A stretch of 64,000 bases of DNA, from positions 248,001 through 312,000 of the forward strand of contig NW_026939674.1 of NCBI RefSeq assembly GCF_032062105.1. Direction: 5' to 3'. Source of the DNA: Saccostrea cucullata. Taxonomy: Eukaryota. Below are positions 25,423 through 37,400 of the stretch, one piece after another (the stretch's first letter is position 1; each line of letters starts with the position of its first letter). The notes beneath the pieces are model-generated. The model had not been told where the DNA came from. It was given only the letters and a program-made list of their open reading frames with translations, and did no database searches. Position numbers and translations under genes: made by a program.

Positions 25423-28400
25423 ATGGTAAGTGACAGAGAAGGATAAAGTAAAAACAGTATGATGATTAAAAAATCTTTTGTACAGATTGATCGACAAACT
25501 ATTATTTCTCCATGCGCTCTGAACTCATGTTTGAACAAATTCGAACTGTAAGTGTATTTTGATTAAATGCACAGTGATCTTTTTTATATCCCACCAGATT
25601 AGAATAGCTGCTCTGAACGACAGCAGCAGTGGATTTGATGATGACGACGTCAGGAGTAAAGCAGTCGGAACAAGGGAAGCTGAGGTATACCTTCATACTA
25701 CAGTTAAAATTATTTTACTTTTTCAAGTGTGGCGGTCAGCCGGGTTCGATCGCCGGTGGCCAGATAGCTCAGTTGGTAGAGCACCTGACCGGAGTTTCAG
25801 GGGGCCGGGTTCGAATCCCGGTCTGGTCCGCTGCATTTTCTCCTCTCCCGTTACATTTGGTGCCGTGCCATGCCCTGGAATTGACAGGTGAAAGACCTGC
25901 CAGGGATGAGCCTGGGTTGGGGTCTTTGGAGGGCCAAAGACCTTTAAGGAGGGAGGAATAAGGTGGTCATCCGGGTTCGATCGCCGGTGGCCAGATAGCT
26001 CAGTTGGTAGAGCACCTGACCGGAGTTTCAGGGGGGCCGGGTTCAAATCCCGGTCTGGTCCACTGCATTTTCTCCTCTCCCGTTACACAAGGGACAGGCA
26101 CATTGTTTATTTTGTTTTACCCCCTAAACTCCATCACTACACTAACTTCTTCACTTTGAATAACAAGTTATCATTCTTCGTGTTAATTGTATGCTATATG
26201 AATGTTGTCTTTCAATAAATTGGAGATTAACTTGAATCCATTGTTCATAAAAATAGTGTCTAACTTTCTCTATTTGTAGGAATCAGAAGCTTACACTTTG
26301 TACAACAAAGCCCTTGGACTTCAGAGACAAGATATACAGAAAGCAGAGGAGGCATTTGAGCAGCTTCTAAGTCATGGCTTCATCAGAGAGGTGCTTCATT
26401 ATGAAAATAATCAAAATTCAGTTAATTAACAGTGTTCAAAGAAATTTTTATCAGTTTATGCTGTACACTTAGTTTTTCATACATTTGTTTTTTCTTCCCA
26501 GTTAAAGAAGTCTACCGAAGAAGCGGTTTTAGTGCTACAGTAATTTTTAAACTAATACATATATGTTGAAAATTTTTTACAAAATAGGCAGCCAAACTCA
26601 TTGAGACGGAGACAGTGGGGATTACACATCCCGGACTTCAACTTCTGTACTCCATCTACAAAAATCTGGCCGCCATGTCCCTCCAGAAGGGGGATCATGA
26701 GGAGGCAATGGAGTGGTACATAGAGGTAAAGATTTAGGGTACACCTGTACCAGGCTTTATTTTAACCTGTAAGGAAACTTGTACTGTGGTATGATATAGC
26801 TGTGGGTTTTTCTTCTTCAGGCAGTCAAAGTTGATGAATCAGAGACAACGGTTTGGTACAAGATAGGGACAATAGCTCTGAAACTTCATAATTATCAACT
26901 TGCCAGGCTAGGATTTGAACAGGTATGAACAAATATAGTATTCGAGGATCTTATAGAGTTATTGATTAAAAAAAAGTATTTTGGTTTTTTTTACAATGAA
27001 AAAAAAAACAACTCAAAAATGTTCAATTCAATTCACTTTATTTATTATTACTATGTTGTCATACAGTCAGGAACATTAATAACATATTTATTCCTCTGCA
27101 TGGCAGGTACTTAAAGGATTTCATTCTCCATTTTCAGGGCCTGCAGTGCAACCCAAATCACTGGCCATGCCTGGACAACATCATCACAGTTCTATACACC
27201 ATCAATGATTACTGGTGTAGGTTTGGTATATTTGTCTTGAAAAAAAGAAGAGTTTTCTGAAGTATATGCAGGGCTCGACATTAACGCTTGTCCGCTTGTC
27301 CTGTACCAATGAAAAATAAATTCGGACAAGTGAATATTGCTGGGCACTTGTCCGATTGGACAAGTTCATTTTAATGTAAAGGGGTCTCTAAATAATAAAA
27401 GGAACAACTGTTGAAAGCTAAATCGGTAGTCTCAACTCAAGACGGAAGCTGTACATAAAATCCAAACTTCGATCCCGATATGTATCGCTATTGAGTTCAC
27501 ATTCGATCGGGATCGCAGTTCACTATAATTGCACTGAAAAGTCATGGAAGATACGAATAGAAGTAGTGAATATTGTTTGACGTTGACAGATTCAATTGTG
27601 GACATTTATGTTATTGTCAGGACAGAAAGCCTAAATTAAATTTCGTTTTATCTGTCTGTAACAATAACATCAAGAATCAAGCAAGCGCATGACACGTGTA
27701 AATAAATGGACTTAATTTTAATTTTCAAGTTGAAACTATTGAACTTTATTGAAAATTTTCGGACTAGTGAAGTTGAAATTCGGACAAGTAAATGTCTTGG
27801 TCACTTGTCCGAATGGACAAGTAGGAAAAAAAGTTAATGTCGAGCCCTGTATATGAGAATTGTTACATGTATTAGTCTAGTTTAAGTAACAAGGGAAGGA
27901 AGAGGAAATAAAAAGAAATGCAAGACAAAAAAAAAGAAATCACAGATTCATGAGTGATTTTATAATCAACAAACAAGAAATAATTTGATTTCATTCTAGA
28001 AAAATGTTCAATAAGATTAATAGAATCATTCATTACTACGAGTGGGGGATAGTGAAATTCCACCGAGGGGACAAGATTCACAGTCTAGGACGAGGCTTGG
28101 CCCCGAGGTATTATCTGAAAGTGTAAACTAAAAAATTAATTTCAATCCCCTTAAAACTGCCTAAACTGAAATAGTTTTTAAAAAACGTCCGTGAACGTTT
28201 AATTCATTTCAGAAAAATCCTTCCGCGAACTAAAAATAGCCCTATTCAAAAAGTGAAAAAACAGCAGTCTTTTGAATGAAAATAAATTTAATTTAATAAA
28301 TAAAAGAACAACATTTTAATCATATATGATAATATTATTATAAATTATTACAATGTTTATATAAGAAGGAATGTTTACATTCGAAATGTCTTTGCATAAT

Positions 28401-31400
28401 GTGACATACATATGCATGTGTGAAACATGTTGAAAAGTCTAGTCAGAGTCGGAGTCAATAACACGGATTCGCTTCCGAGATTGGTAAGAATTGTTTGTGA
28501 TATTAACAGTGATGTTCCCATGTATTTGAGACCCGCTAAATATGGATCCAAAAGAATGTTGTGAGCTTGAGGAATGCTGCATATTGACCTGGTTGTTTTG
28601 AGTTTCAATGGCGGTATTATCTGAAATTGGTGTCAAGTCGAAGGACGGGAGTGCATTTGTCACTGTAGAGCTGGGCAGCGCTCTGGTTGATGATGATTCA
28701 AAACGAGAATGTTTTGGTGCAGAAGAATTTGAGAATGGAACCAGTGAGGAATTATTACAGGATGAATTTGATAAAATGCTGCTTATTGCGTATTTCTGTG
28801 AGTCATTTATTGTGCGGTAGTTATTCAATGACTGAATGTTTTTGTGACCTGTTACGTACACTTGTCATGTATCAGGGACATTCGAATCCGTCATCCTTTG
28901 GACCAGGGTTTTCCGGACACTCGTGTTTGTGATTTTCTTATTATCAGGTAGGCCTGCATTTTTTGACATTCTTTTCATTAGGTCATTAAGTTTGTTGACA
29001 CCCATGGGGCTAGAAATAAACCATCGGTCCTGCATTTTAGGGCGTTTTTCGTTTGTTACTACAGAAATGTAAAAGGGGTCTTCATGTTTTGAATATCCGT
29101 CTGGGCGTTTATCTCTATACAAAATGTAGGTGGATACGGGACATTTTTCAGGGGTCTCAGGGGTTGCATACATCCGTGGTGGGCAGGCACGGCTATCAGT
29201 GACATCCACACCAGTTCTAGTTTTGGTTGCCCTTTCGTGATATTCTAAGAAGTCAAGTTGAAGTGCCTCATCCCTTTTCAAGACTACATCACCCCATTTC
29301 ATGTTTCGATGTTCTGTCCCCCCTCGCATGCCAAAATACAACGTATTATTGAACCATAGTGTGCTTATCAACGAGGTTGGTGTAGTTTTCCCCAGTTGTT
29401 CAGTCTTGAAGAGAGTTTCAATTTCATCATGAGTTAAAGAGTCGGACCTTTGGGGTTTGTTTCCACGCCCTTGCGCTTTTAAATCTTTTTGTTTTGCTTT
29501 TAGGGCCTCTCTGCACTGCGCAAATTCAAAGCTTGTAATTAACGAAAACTGATACCGATGACGTTTTAAGTGTCTTTCAAAGCTCCCTATCATTCCCCTA
29601 AGACTTGAAGGTTCATATTCTTCGCCAGATTTTGTGTGGACATTCACAATAAAGTTTGACAAGAGGGGGTCCAACTCATTCGGGGGTATATTGTAAATTT
29701 CTCTTGACTCCCCTTTAATTTCAAAATACTCACGTAAAATGTTCAAATGGCCCATTGTTTTTCGTAAAGTGTTTGAGTTTTCATTTGCTTCAATAAAAGT
29801 AGATGTTTCCACATTTTTGAATCGCACACTTGTACTTGCACCCTCCATGATAATTATTTATTTATTGCAGACGATATTGTTTACATTTAAAAAGTAGTAC
29901 CGTTATAGCGTAGTAATACATAGTGTAAGACAGAAAAATCTCACACTGCTGTCTCACACGGGAGAAGTCTATCTAACACCGATGATTATGCGAGAAAAAC
30001 TTATCAATAAAAATCACTTTGGAGTGTCAAAATACTGTATGCAGGGAAATTTTCGCCCCGTTTTATTTTCGCCTATGTTCACAAGTGGGCTAATTTAAAA
30101 CGGGATGAATTCAAAGAACACAGTATTAATTCTAAACAGAACTGTTTCTGGGTGAATTTAAAATGGGGCATAAATGTTTGCAGGTGTGAAAGGGCGAAAA
30201 TAAACGGGACAAAAATAACCCTGTATACAGTAATAGAGATATTGAAGGTCTTTTTACTATGTAAAAATCAGAGCTGTTAAAAGTACAATTTGATAAAATC
30301 AATGCTACTTTATGTCTGATTTTCAGATTGTCTTTACTATATATCCAAGGCTTTGAAGAAAGACTATTTGTACCCCAAGGGGATTGTTTTCAGGAATCAA
30401 ATACTTAAGGAACAACCATCCCTAAAAGAGGCTACTCAAGAAATGTTTAAAGAATGGTAAGATGAACATTTTGAAATTAAAAAAAAGTTAGTTATGAAAC
30501 TCCTTTGTCATTTATATGAACTACGATGTCTGTGGTATCCCAAATTCCAAATACCATGCTATAGGATACAATGTATTGGTATTGAGACATAAAAAATACT
30601 CAAGGCAATATAGAATTCAATGTTTGTTATCTTTTTTATAGCAATCCACTAATCGATACAGAGAAAGTTGAGCAAGAGGATATAGATGAGGTATGTGTTC
30701 TTCATGAGGATTCTGAGGTTATGCCTCATTTTGATTTGTCTTCCTTTTGATAAATGAAATTGATATTTAAAATCATCTGATTCTGAAGCTCTTTTATCTT
30801 CCTACAGTATGTGAATGAGGCATTGAAGATGCGACAGAAAAGAAGGGAATTGGCCAGAACTCCCCCGATGAAGCCCAACAAACTGCCAGTTCCTGTAAAA
30901 TCATATACGTAAGTCACAAACTGTTGAGTCGTATATGCAAGTAACAAACTGTCAGTTGCACTTCATCCATAAACTGCAAGTTGGAATGAGTTATTGACTA
31001 TTGACCTGTAATATAGCAAACTCTCAAAGAATTTAAGTGTTTTATGAATTTTTTAAAAATTTTATATCAGGTGGTTGTCCTTGGGTGAAAGCTTGATCGC
31101 ATTGTATGACCATATAAAGAAAGCCACCCCACCAAAGGTCAGTTCAAGGCTTTTTCTATTTCCATAGTTTATCAGGATGTGTAAAAATGTTTACACAAAG
31201 TAAATACATCTTGAAAATCATTTGGAACTATTTTAGACATTCTTTTTTTTGTAACAGAGTTTGAGTATCGGGGTTGACTTGAGTGACTATGCTCCAGACA
31301 AAAGCAAAAGTAAAGAAATCCAAAATGAAGCACCAAGTGAACCTGCAAGCTCCACAATTTCCTCTTCAGAATTGCCTCCACCTGTAGAAAAAATAGATGT

Positions 31401-34400
31401 CTCAAAACCTGAGGAAATGGAGGTTGATCACACCCCTGAGGCAGAAAATGTGACAAACGTCATCTCAACTGATAGTGTATCTGACACTGCTGTCAGCTCA
31501 ACTACTGTCAGTTCAACTACCACCAATTCAACTGTGGTCAGTTCAACTGTCAGTTCCACTACTGTCAGTTCTACTGCTGTCACTGTCAGCAGTGATACTG
31601 CTGTAGTTCCAGCTTTGCCAGCTAGTGACAACATCCTTGTTACCAGTAGTGACACTAATACTGCTGCTCCAGAGAGTGAAGTGATAATGACTTCTTCCAC
31701 TCTGACCTCTGAACCAGAGAATGTTACTGTGACCGTGACCTCTGAACCTTCAGATGTGTCAAATTCATTTACAACTTTGTCTGCTATTCCAATTTCAGGT
31801 ATGCTAAACGTGGAAATTTAAATATTACAGTACTGCACCCCATACTACATCTATTTGTATATAATTAACTCAATATTAACAATATGTTATCTTTGTAATT
31901 TTGAAACACACCCAGTGCTGATAGTTTTTGTTACAAATACTTGTAACTTTTCAGCAAATTGCATGGATTTTTCAAAGAAGTTTCTATGTTAGTTTTTTAA
32001 AAAATATATCTCTTCTTTGTTGAATGTAGTGACATCTGCATTACAAGATCACCCTGGGTCAGAAAACAGTGACACTGAGAGCAAGGGCAAAGGTCAAAAG
32101 AGGAAGAAGTCATCCAATTTTGATAACCCGTACTACGAAAAACGACGATCAGCCAGGGTAAAAGGAAAAGAACATATAGATTAAAATTGATAAGTTAGAG
32201 AAAGATTATGTATTCAATACATTAAGGGTATTTTACATTGTATGTACCTTTCATTTATTATCTGCTGTGAATTTTATGAGGAAAATTAATTGTTTGTACA
32301 TTTACTTATACTTTAAGTTTAAAATTGATTGTCCTGAATATTTTGATAGTCTTTATTTTGGAAATCTTTTATTACAAAAATTTGAACATGTAATTGTGTT
32401 CATATTAAAATTCTGTGATATCTTAAATATTACAGATATTAGAATGCCTATGTAAGAGATATTACTTGATGATAAATTGAATTTACGATTGACTTTGGAC
32501 AGGTGAGGAACACTTTTACACGAAGAGAGGAGGAACGAGTGAACTTCCGAGAGATCTTAGAGACATTTATACCTCCCAGTCTCAGGTAAACAAAAAATAT
32601 GATTTTGATAATGAATAATGTCCAAATAAAAAAAGTCATTACAAGGAGTGCATTTGTATACATGTAGTTGGAATTTTGAACTCTTTAGTTTTCCGTAAGT
32701 CATTGCGTGTGTATCTACATGTACATGAATATTTTTGGGATATACACAGCACTGTAAGTGTATATCAGCACCCTTTGGGTAGTGTTTAATATAGAAAATA
32801 ATCTTGGCCTATGAATATTGCACACATGTAAAAGAATAAAAATGCTTGCAGTGTAAATTCATAACTGGACTGATAAGTATATGATTTTACAAATCAGGCT
32901 AAATTTTAAATTCACCTAAATTGGTAAGCACACCATCCATGCACATTTTCAATGTTAATGTCCATATGTATGTAATTGTTTTTGAAGGTCTGGAGTTGAT
33001 GAGGAGGAAATGGAAACCTTGGATCTTCTTTCTGACAGTGAAGGATCTGTTTTTACTAAAACCAATAAAACTGGTAAGTAAGTCACACTTTAAAGAGTTA
33101 GTTAGTACTTCACCCTTTATTTCGAGGGAGTCAATTTACTAAATCCAGTAAGACTGATTTAGTACCATTTATTTCCATTTAGTACCACACCCACTAGAAT
33201 TATACCACAGCCTAGATTCTAATCTAATGGATTAATTTCAGAAAGTGGAACAGTATCAAAGGCAAAGCCGTTATCAGATACAGAGGAAAATGAGGTCAGG
33301 GAATTCCTTGAGAGAGAACAGAAGAATGGCGGCCTGCTTAGTTTGATGTTACATTTTCTGGAGTGTCTGTGTGATAGGGCAGAGCTGGCCTGGCCCCCAG
33401 AGCTCGCTTCGGTCTTTGTCAGGATATATACGAGATGGAGGAGACATACAGACTTGCCATGTTTACTCAGGTTAGTTTATCGTAAGTTGAAAATTCATGG
33501 TCTGCTTTTAGAACTCACCTGTACTATCCTAAGTTGAAATTTCATGGTCAGCTTTTTGTATCCAACCTGTATTTTATAAAGTATAGAAATTTTATATGAC
33601 TACAGTGATCTTTCTTTTGATACAATGTTTTTTGTAATTGGGTAAATTCTCAATCTTAAATTATGATCTGGGATAAAAGCGCATTGAAATCAGTGGCGGA
33701 TCCAGATGTTCATATGGGGGGGTTTTGAGGCCCAAAGGGCCGAAGGGGGAGGGCATGGGAGGGGGTGTCCCCCTCCCATAGGTGGGGGTTCGGGCCTCCC
33801 CCGAGAAAATTTTGTTTTAAATGGTTCTAATTGGTGCATTTTCCAGCATTTTGGGGGTACTTTTTGTGGCTTTTTTAAAGACTGATCATCACAATTTTTA
33901 ATAAAATGTTTTCAATTTAATTTAACTTTAACACAAGACTTTAGACTTTGCCTTAAAAAATTGTTAAATCTGCCAATTTTAGGAATGCAAGCAGTTGACT
34001 TCAAGTTGTCTTTACTTTAAATGCACCTACAATTAATTTAGTCCTATGACAAGCTGACTTCCAAGATACAACTAATGTGCAAACACTGAAAAAATTAGAA
34101 ATTGAATTATTTTCAGAATCCCTGACTAGTGCTTTTCAACTTACCGTTACTTGTGTATAATATACTGATAACTGTTAATATGATTTGGAATAGAAACACA
34201 CGTGTTCATTAATAAAATTTCAAACTGAAGAAAAAATTACATAAACTGGAGAATCTGTCAAAACTAGAGGGGTTTGCCAAGCCAACTTGGTTTTGTTAAA
34301 AAAAAATATATTAATTTTAATTTTTAAAATGGTAAAAAAACTAAATAATAGTTTATTCATAGTTTAAAAAACATGCATTTTATCAGCAAAAGAATATTAC

Positions 34401-37400
34401 TGAGCAGCACCGTAACTATGCAGTTTTCTGTTGTTGGTACCTGATTACATTGTACTGTGACCTTGTGACTTCACTAGATGCACGGCCTACCCGATCTCTG
34501 AGGCATTCTCTCTGTTGATTACCTGTGTATTGTGTGCGTTCAAGCGGAAAGTGATTTCCTGTTACGTAGTTGTGTATTTCACAGTTGTAAAAACAAAGGG
34601 TTAATATTTATTAGAATCTTATCAATGCAACAAAATGATGAAATGACACTTGTAAAAAAAAAATTCAATGAGCGGGGTAATAACGACTTTTTTCTCGTTA
34701 TTACGACTTTTTTACTGGAAATATATGTAACTTATTGTATTATTTTTGTTTTATGCAGTAAAAATGAACCAGAAGAAGACATAAGAGTGTTCGGAAAGGT
34801 TTGTATGATACAAGTTTTTGCTTATTATTTTTTTAAATGTGCCAGATTTTAATTTTCCTGATTTCCATCGCTTACTGAATAGCTTAAAAATCCAGTACAG
34901 CTGTACCAGGTAAAAAGAAATGTTATCTTCATTATTTTAAAGAAAAATGAATATTGAAATTCTTAACTAATTGGTAAATCTTGTTTCAGATGTTGCTAAT
35001 GAAGCTGGAGTTTCAGTTTGATCAATGGTTAACCAAGCACCTCAGAAGTGGAGCCTCACCTAAAGGGTAATCTATCCATACACATGTACTTCTATTCACC
35101 ATCACTGTGAACGAAGTTTCTTACATAAAAGCATGCAATGCTATGATTCACATAATTACTTTACAAAGTTAATCAATTTCAGTTTGAAAAAAAATAAGAT
35201 AAGTACATGTACTAGGACACTGTATGAACTTTTATGTAGGATTTACATTCTGTATGCATGTAAAATATAACATACATTGTACATGTACTTTACTTGACTT
35301 AAATTTAACCTTTATATCTGTTGATTTCTGCTAGTAAATCTCAAGAATTTAATATTTTCCTTATATTCCTTAATAGTAACACTCTTCTCACTGCAGGAAA
35401 AGTCCTGGGTCAGGTCTTCCATCAGAGATGCCCAAGTTCTGGGAGGAAGACATGGATTACATATTTGGGTTACAGGGTCAGTCAGAGGTCATGGGACCTT
35501 TGTGGTTACAGCACTGTGTCAGAGGTAGGATTGACTGTCAGTCTGTCAATAAAGGGTGAGGTGGGGGTAGGGGGGGAGCTAAAACTGTCAGAGTAAGTCT
35601 TAGTAAGAATGTATGAATTGGCAAAATGCTGGAAGGCTGGAAATTGTAAATTCAATACAAAAATTGTGTATCAGTCAGGGATGTAAATTTTAAAAGTTAA
35701 TGGTCTCAATAGCTTTGCAGCTGTTTATGAAAAGTAAGTGTATTTTTATCCTTTCAAAGCTTTCTGGCTGCAGGCTCGGCTGTGTCTACTACAGGGAAAA
35801 ATTCAGTATGCTTCATGCAGCTTTCACAAGGTAAAGCCGTGATCAGTTTTTGTCTTACCTGTGTCAGAAATAAGATGTTATTGCATAATGATTCTTTATT
35901 GTGAGTTCATAAAAATTATTTCCATTCCTAGGCAAAAGAATTTTTGAAATGGAGAATTGAAGATGAAAATGCCCCAGAGATTTTCTTGCAGAACTGCCAA
36001 AGTGACAACTTGCTTTCAATAGGTATTTTATACTGGCATTTGAAAGAATAAGAACATCATGCTTGGTAAAATATACCATATTTTTTTGCTGTTTGATATG
36101 CACTCTCATTCCAGAAAGCATAGATCGGCATCAAGATTCCTTGGAGAGAAGTCAGTCCATGGATGAAATGCAAAAATTGTTTGAAGCCAAAGAATTTGAA
36201 AAAGTGGTGGAACTTTTGTTAAAGGCCGTTAACCAACCCAGTCAGAAATCTATGGTAGGTTATGTTTTAGTATGGTCAGATCTTGTTTGCAGTAATGATT
36301 CAGTGAATAATCGAGTTCTTTGTTTTTTTATAGAGAATTGACCCGGAATCTGTTATTCCTCCAAGGATCGAACAGCTCTGCTTGCTACATGACTGCCTTC
36401 AAAAAATGGGAGATATGCAGGTGAATTCTTCTAGAATGATTATGAAAAAAGCATTACTCAATCTTCTTTTTAATTATATATAAACAAATTCTAGGACTAA
36501 ATTTGACAATTGTATAGTAAAATACAGAACATTTTATCAGTATGACGATTAAGTGGATCACAATTGCACTTACTTCTCATGCTTTTTGTTTTTAGAGATC
36601 TATACATTGGGGTGAGGTAGCTTTTCATGAGGCCTTTCAGGGATACAAGAAGGCCACAACAAGCCCTCAGAAAGATGAGTGGTCAGCTGTGCTAAACCAG
36701 ATCTGGTCATCGCTTCTCAAGTAAGAAAATGCCACACATTGCAACTGAAAAATTTTATTGGGATATTAAGCTGCAGATCTGTAGCTGGCTGGTCTGGAAA
36801 AAAATGGTATGGATGACCAGAGAGTTAGTGCCAACCATATAAAAAAGTGTTAAAAACTGCATATTTATTGTTCACAAAAAAAGTGCACTGTTTCTCAGTT
36901 TCGTAAAACTAATAGAATTTATTGTTATTTTCATAAGAAATCTGGAGAAGCCTGAGTGTTTGAAGGCACTGAGCGAGCCTCGTAAGAATCGTTTGACCTC
37001 TGACCTGGTGAGTGTGATTGACATCATGATGTCGGTACCAGAGAAGGCGACTGACATGCCCATAGGAAGTGTGTTACCTTGGATGATCCTCTACTCCATC
37101 ATCAACTGGTAAGTTGATCATTCTTAATTGTAGAATATACTGAGTTGAAAATAATAGGTTTTTGTTTTTTACTGGATTCAGTACCAATGATATTCCCAGG
37201 GAAAATATCTGCCCATTTGTTTTCTTGTGAAGCTAAATAATATTTTGCAGCTCACTGTTACTTCTATGTCTTTAAGTTTGATGTGGACATACATGTATGT
37301 GAATTTTACTTCACGTCTCCATAAATTTTATAAATGGGATTAGAAAATGTTCTTTAAACTAAGTACCCTCTCTCTATACATGATTTAAAATAAAATATGA

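Larger units (their letters stand above)
28018..30237 (-). mobile_element. Crypton (tyrosine-recombinase DNA transposon) in CABIN1 intron 6
   Basis: Contains a YR ORF. Short terminal direct repeat TAATAGA at 28018-24, and at the right end once the MITE at 30035-30230 is removed. No TIR or TSD. A presumed remnant arm of a subterminal palindrome lies at 28028-28100. Confidence 0.8.

Noticed and set aside
25758-26061. Tandem functional tRNA genes or a SINE dimer
   Set aside because: 8-nt anticodon loop, and the sequences sit within LTRs with PBS, PPT and a 4-bp TSD.
28865-28867. Selenocysteine or programmed read-through TGA in the Crypton ORF
   Set aside because: Not a Cys-type position and no SECIS recognised; a simple nonsense mutation is more parsimonious.
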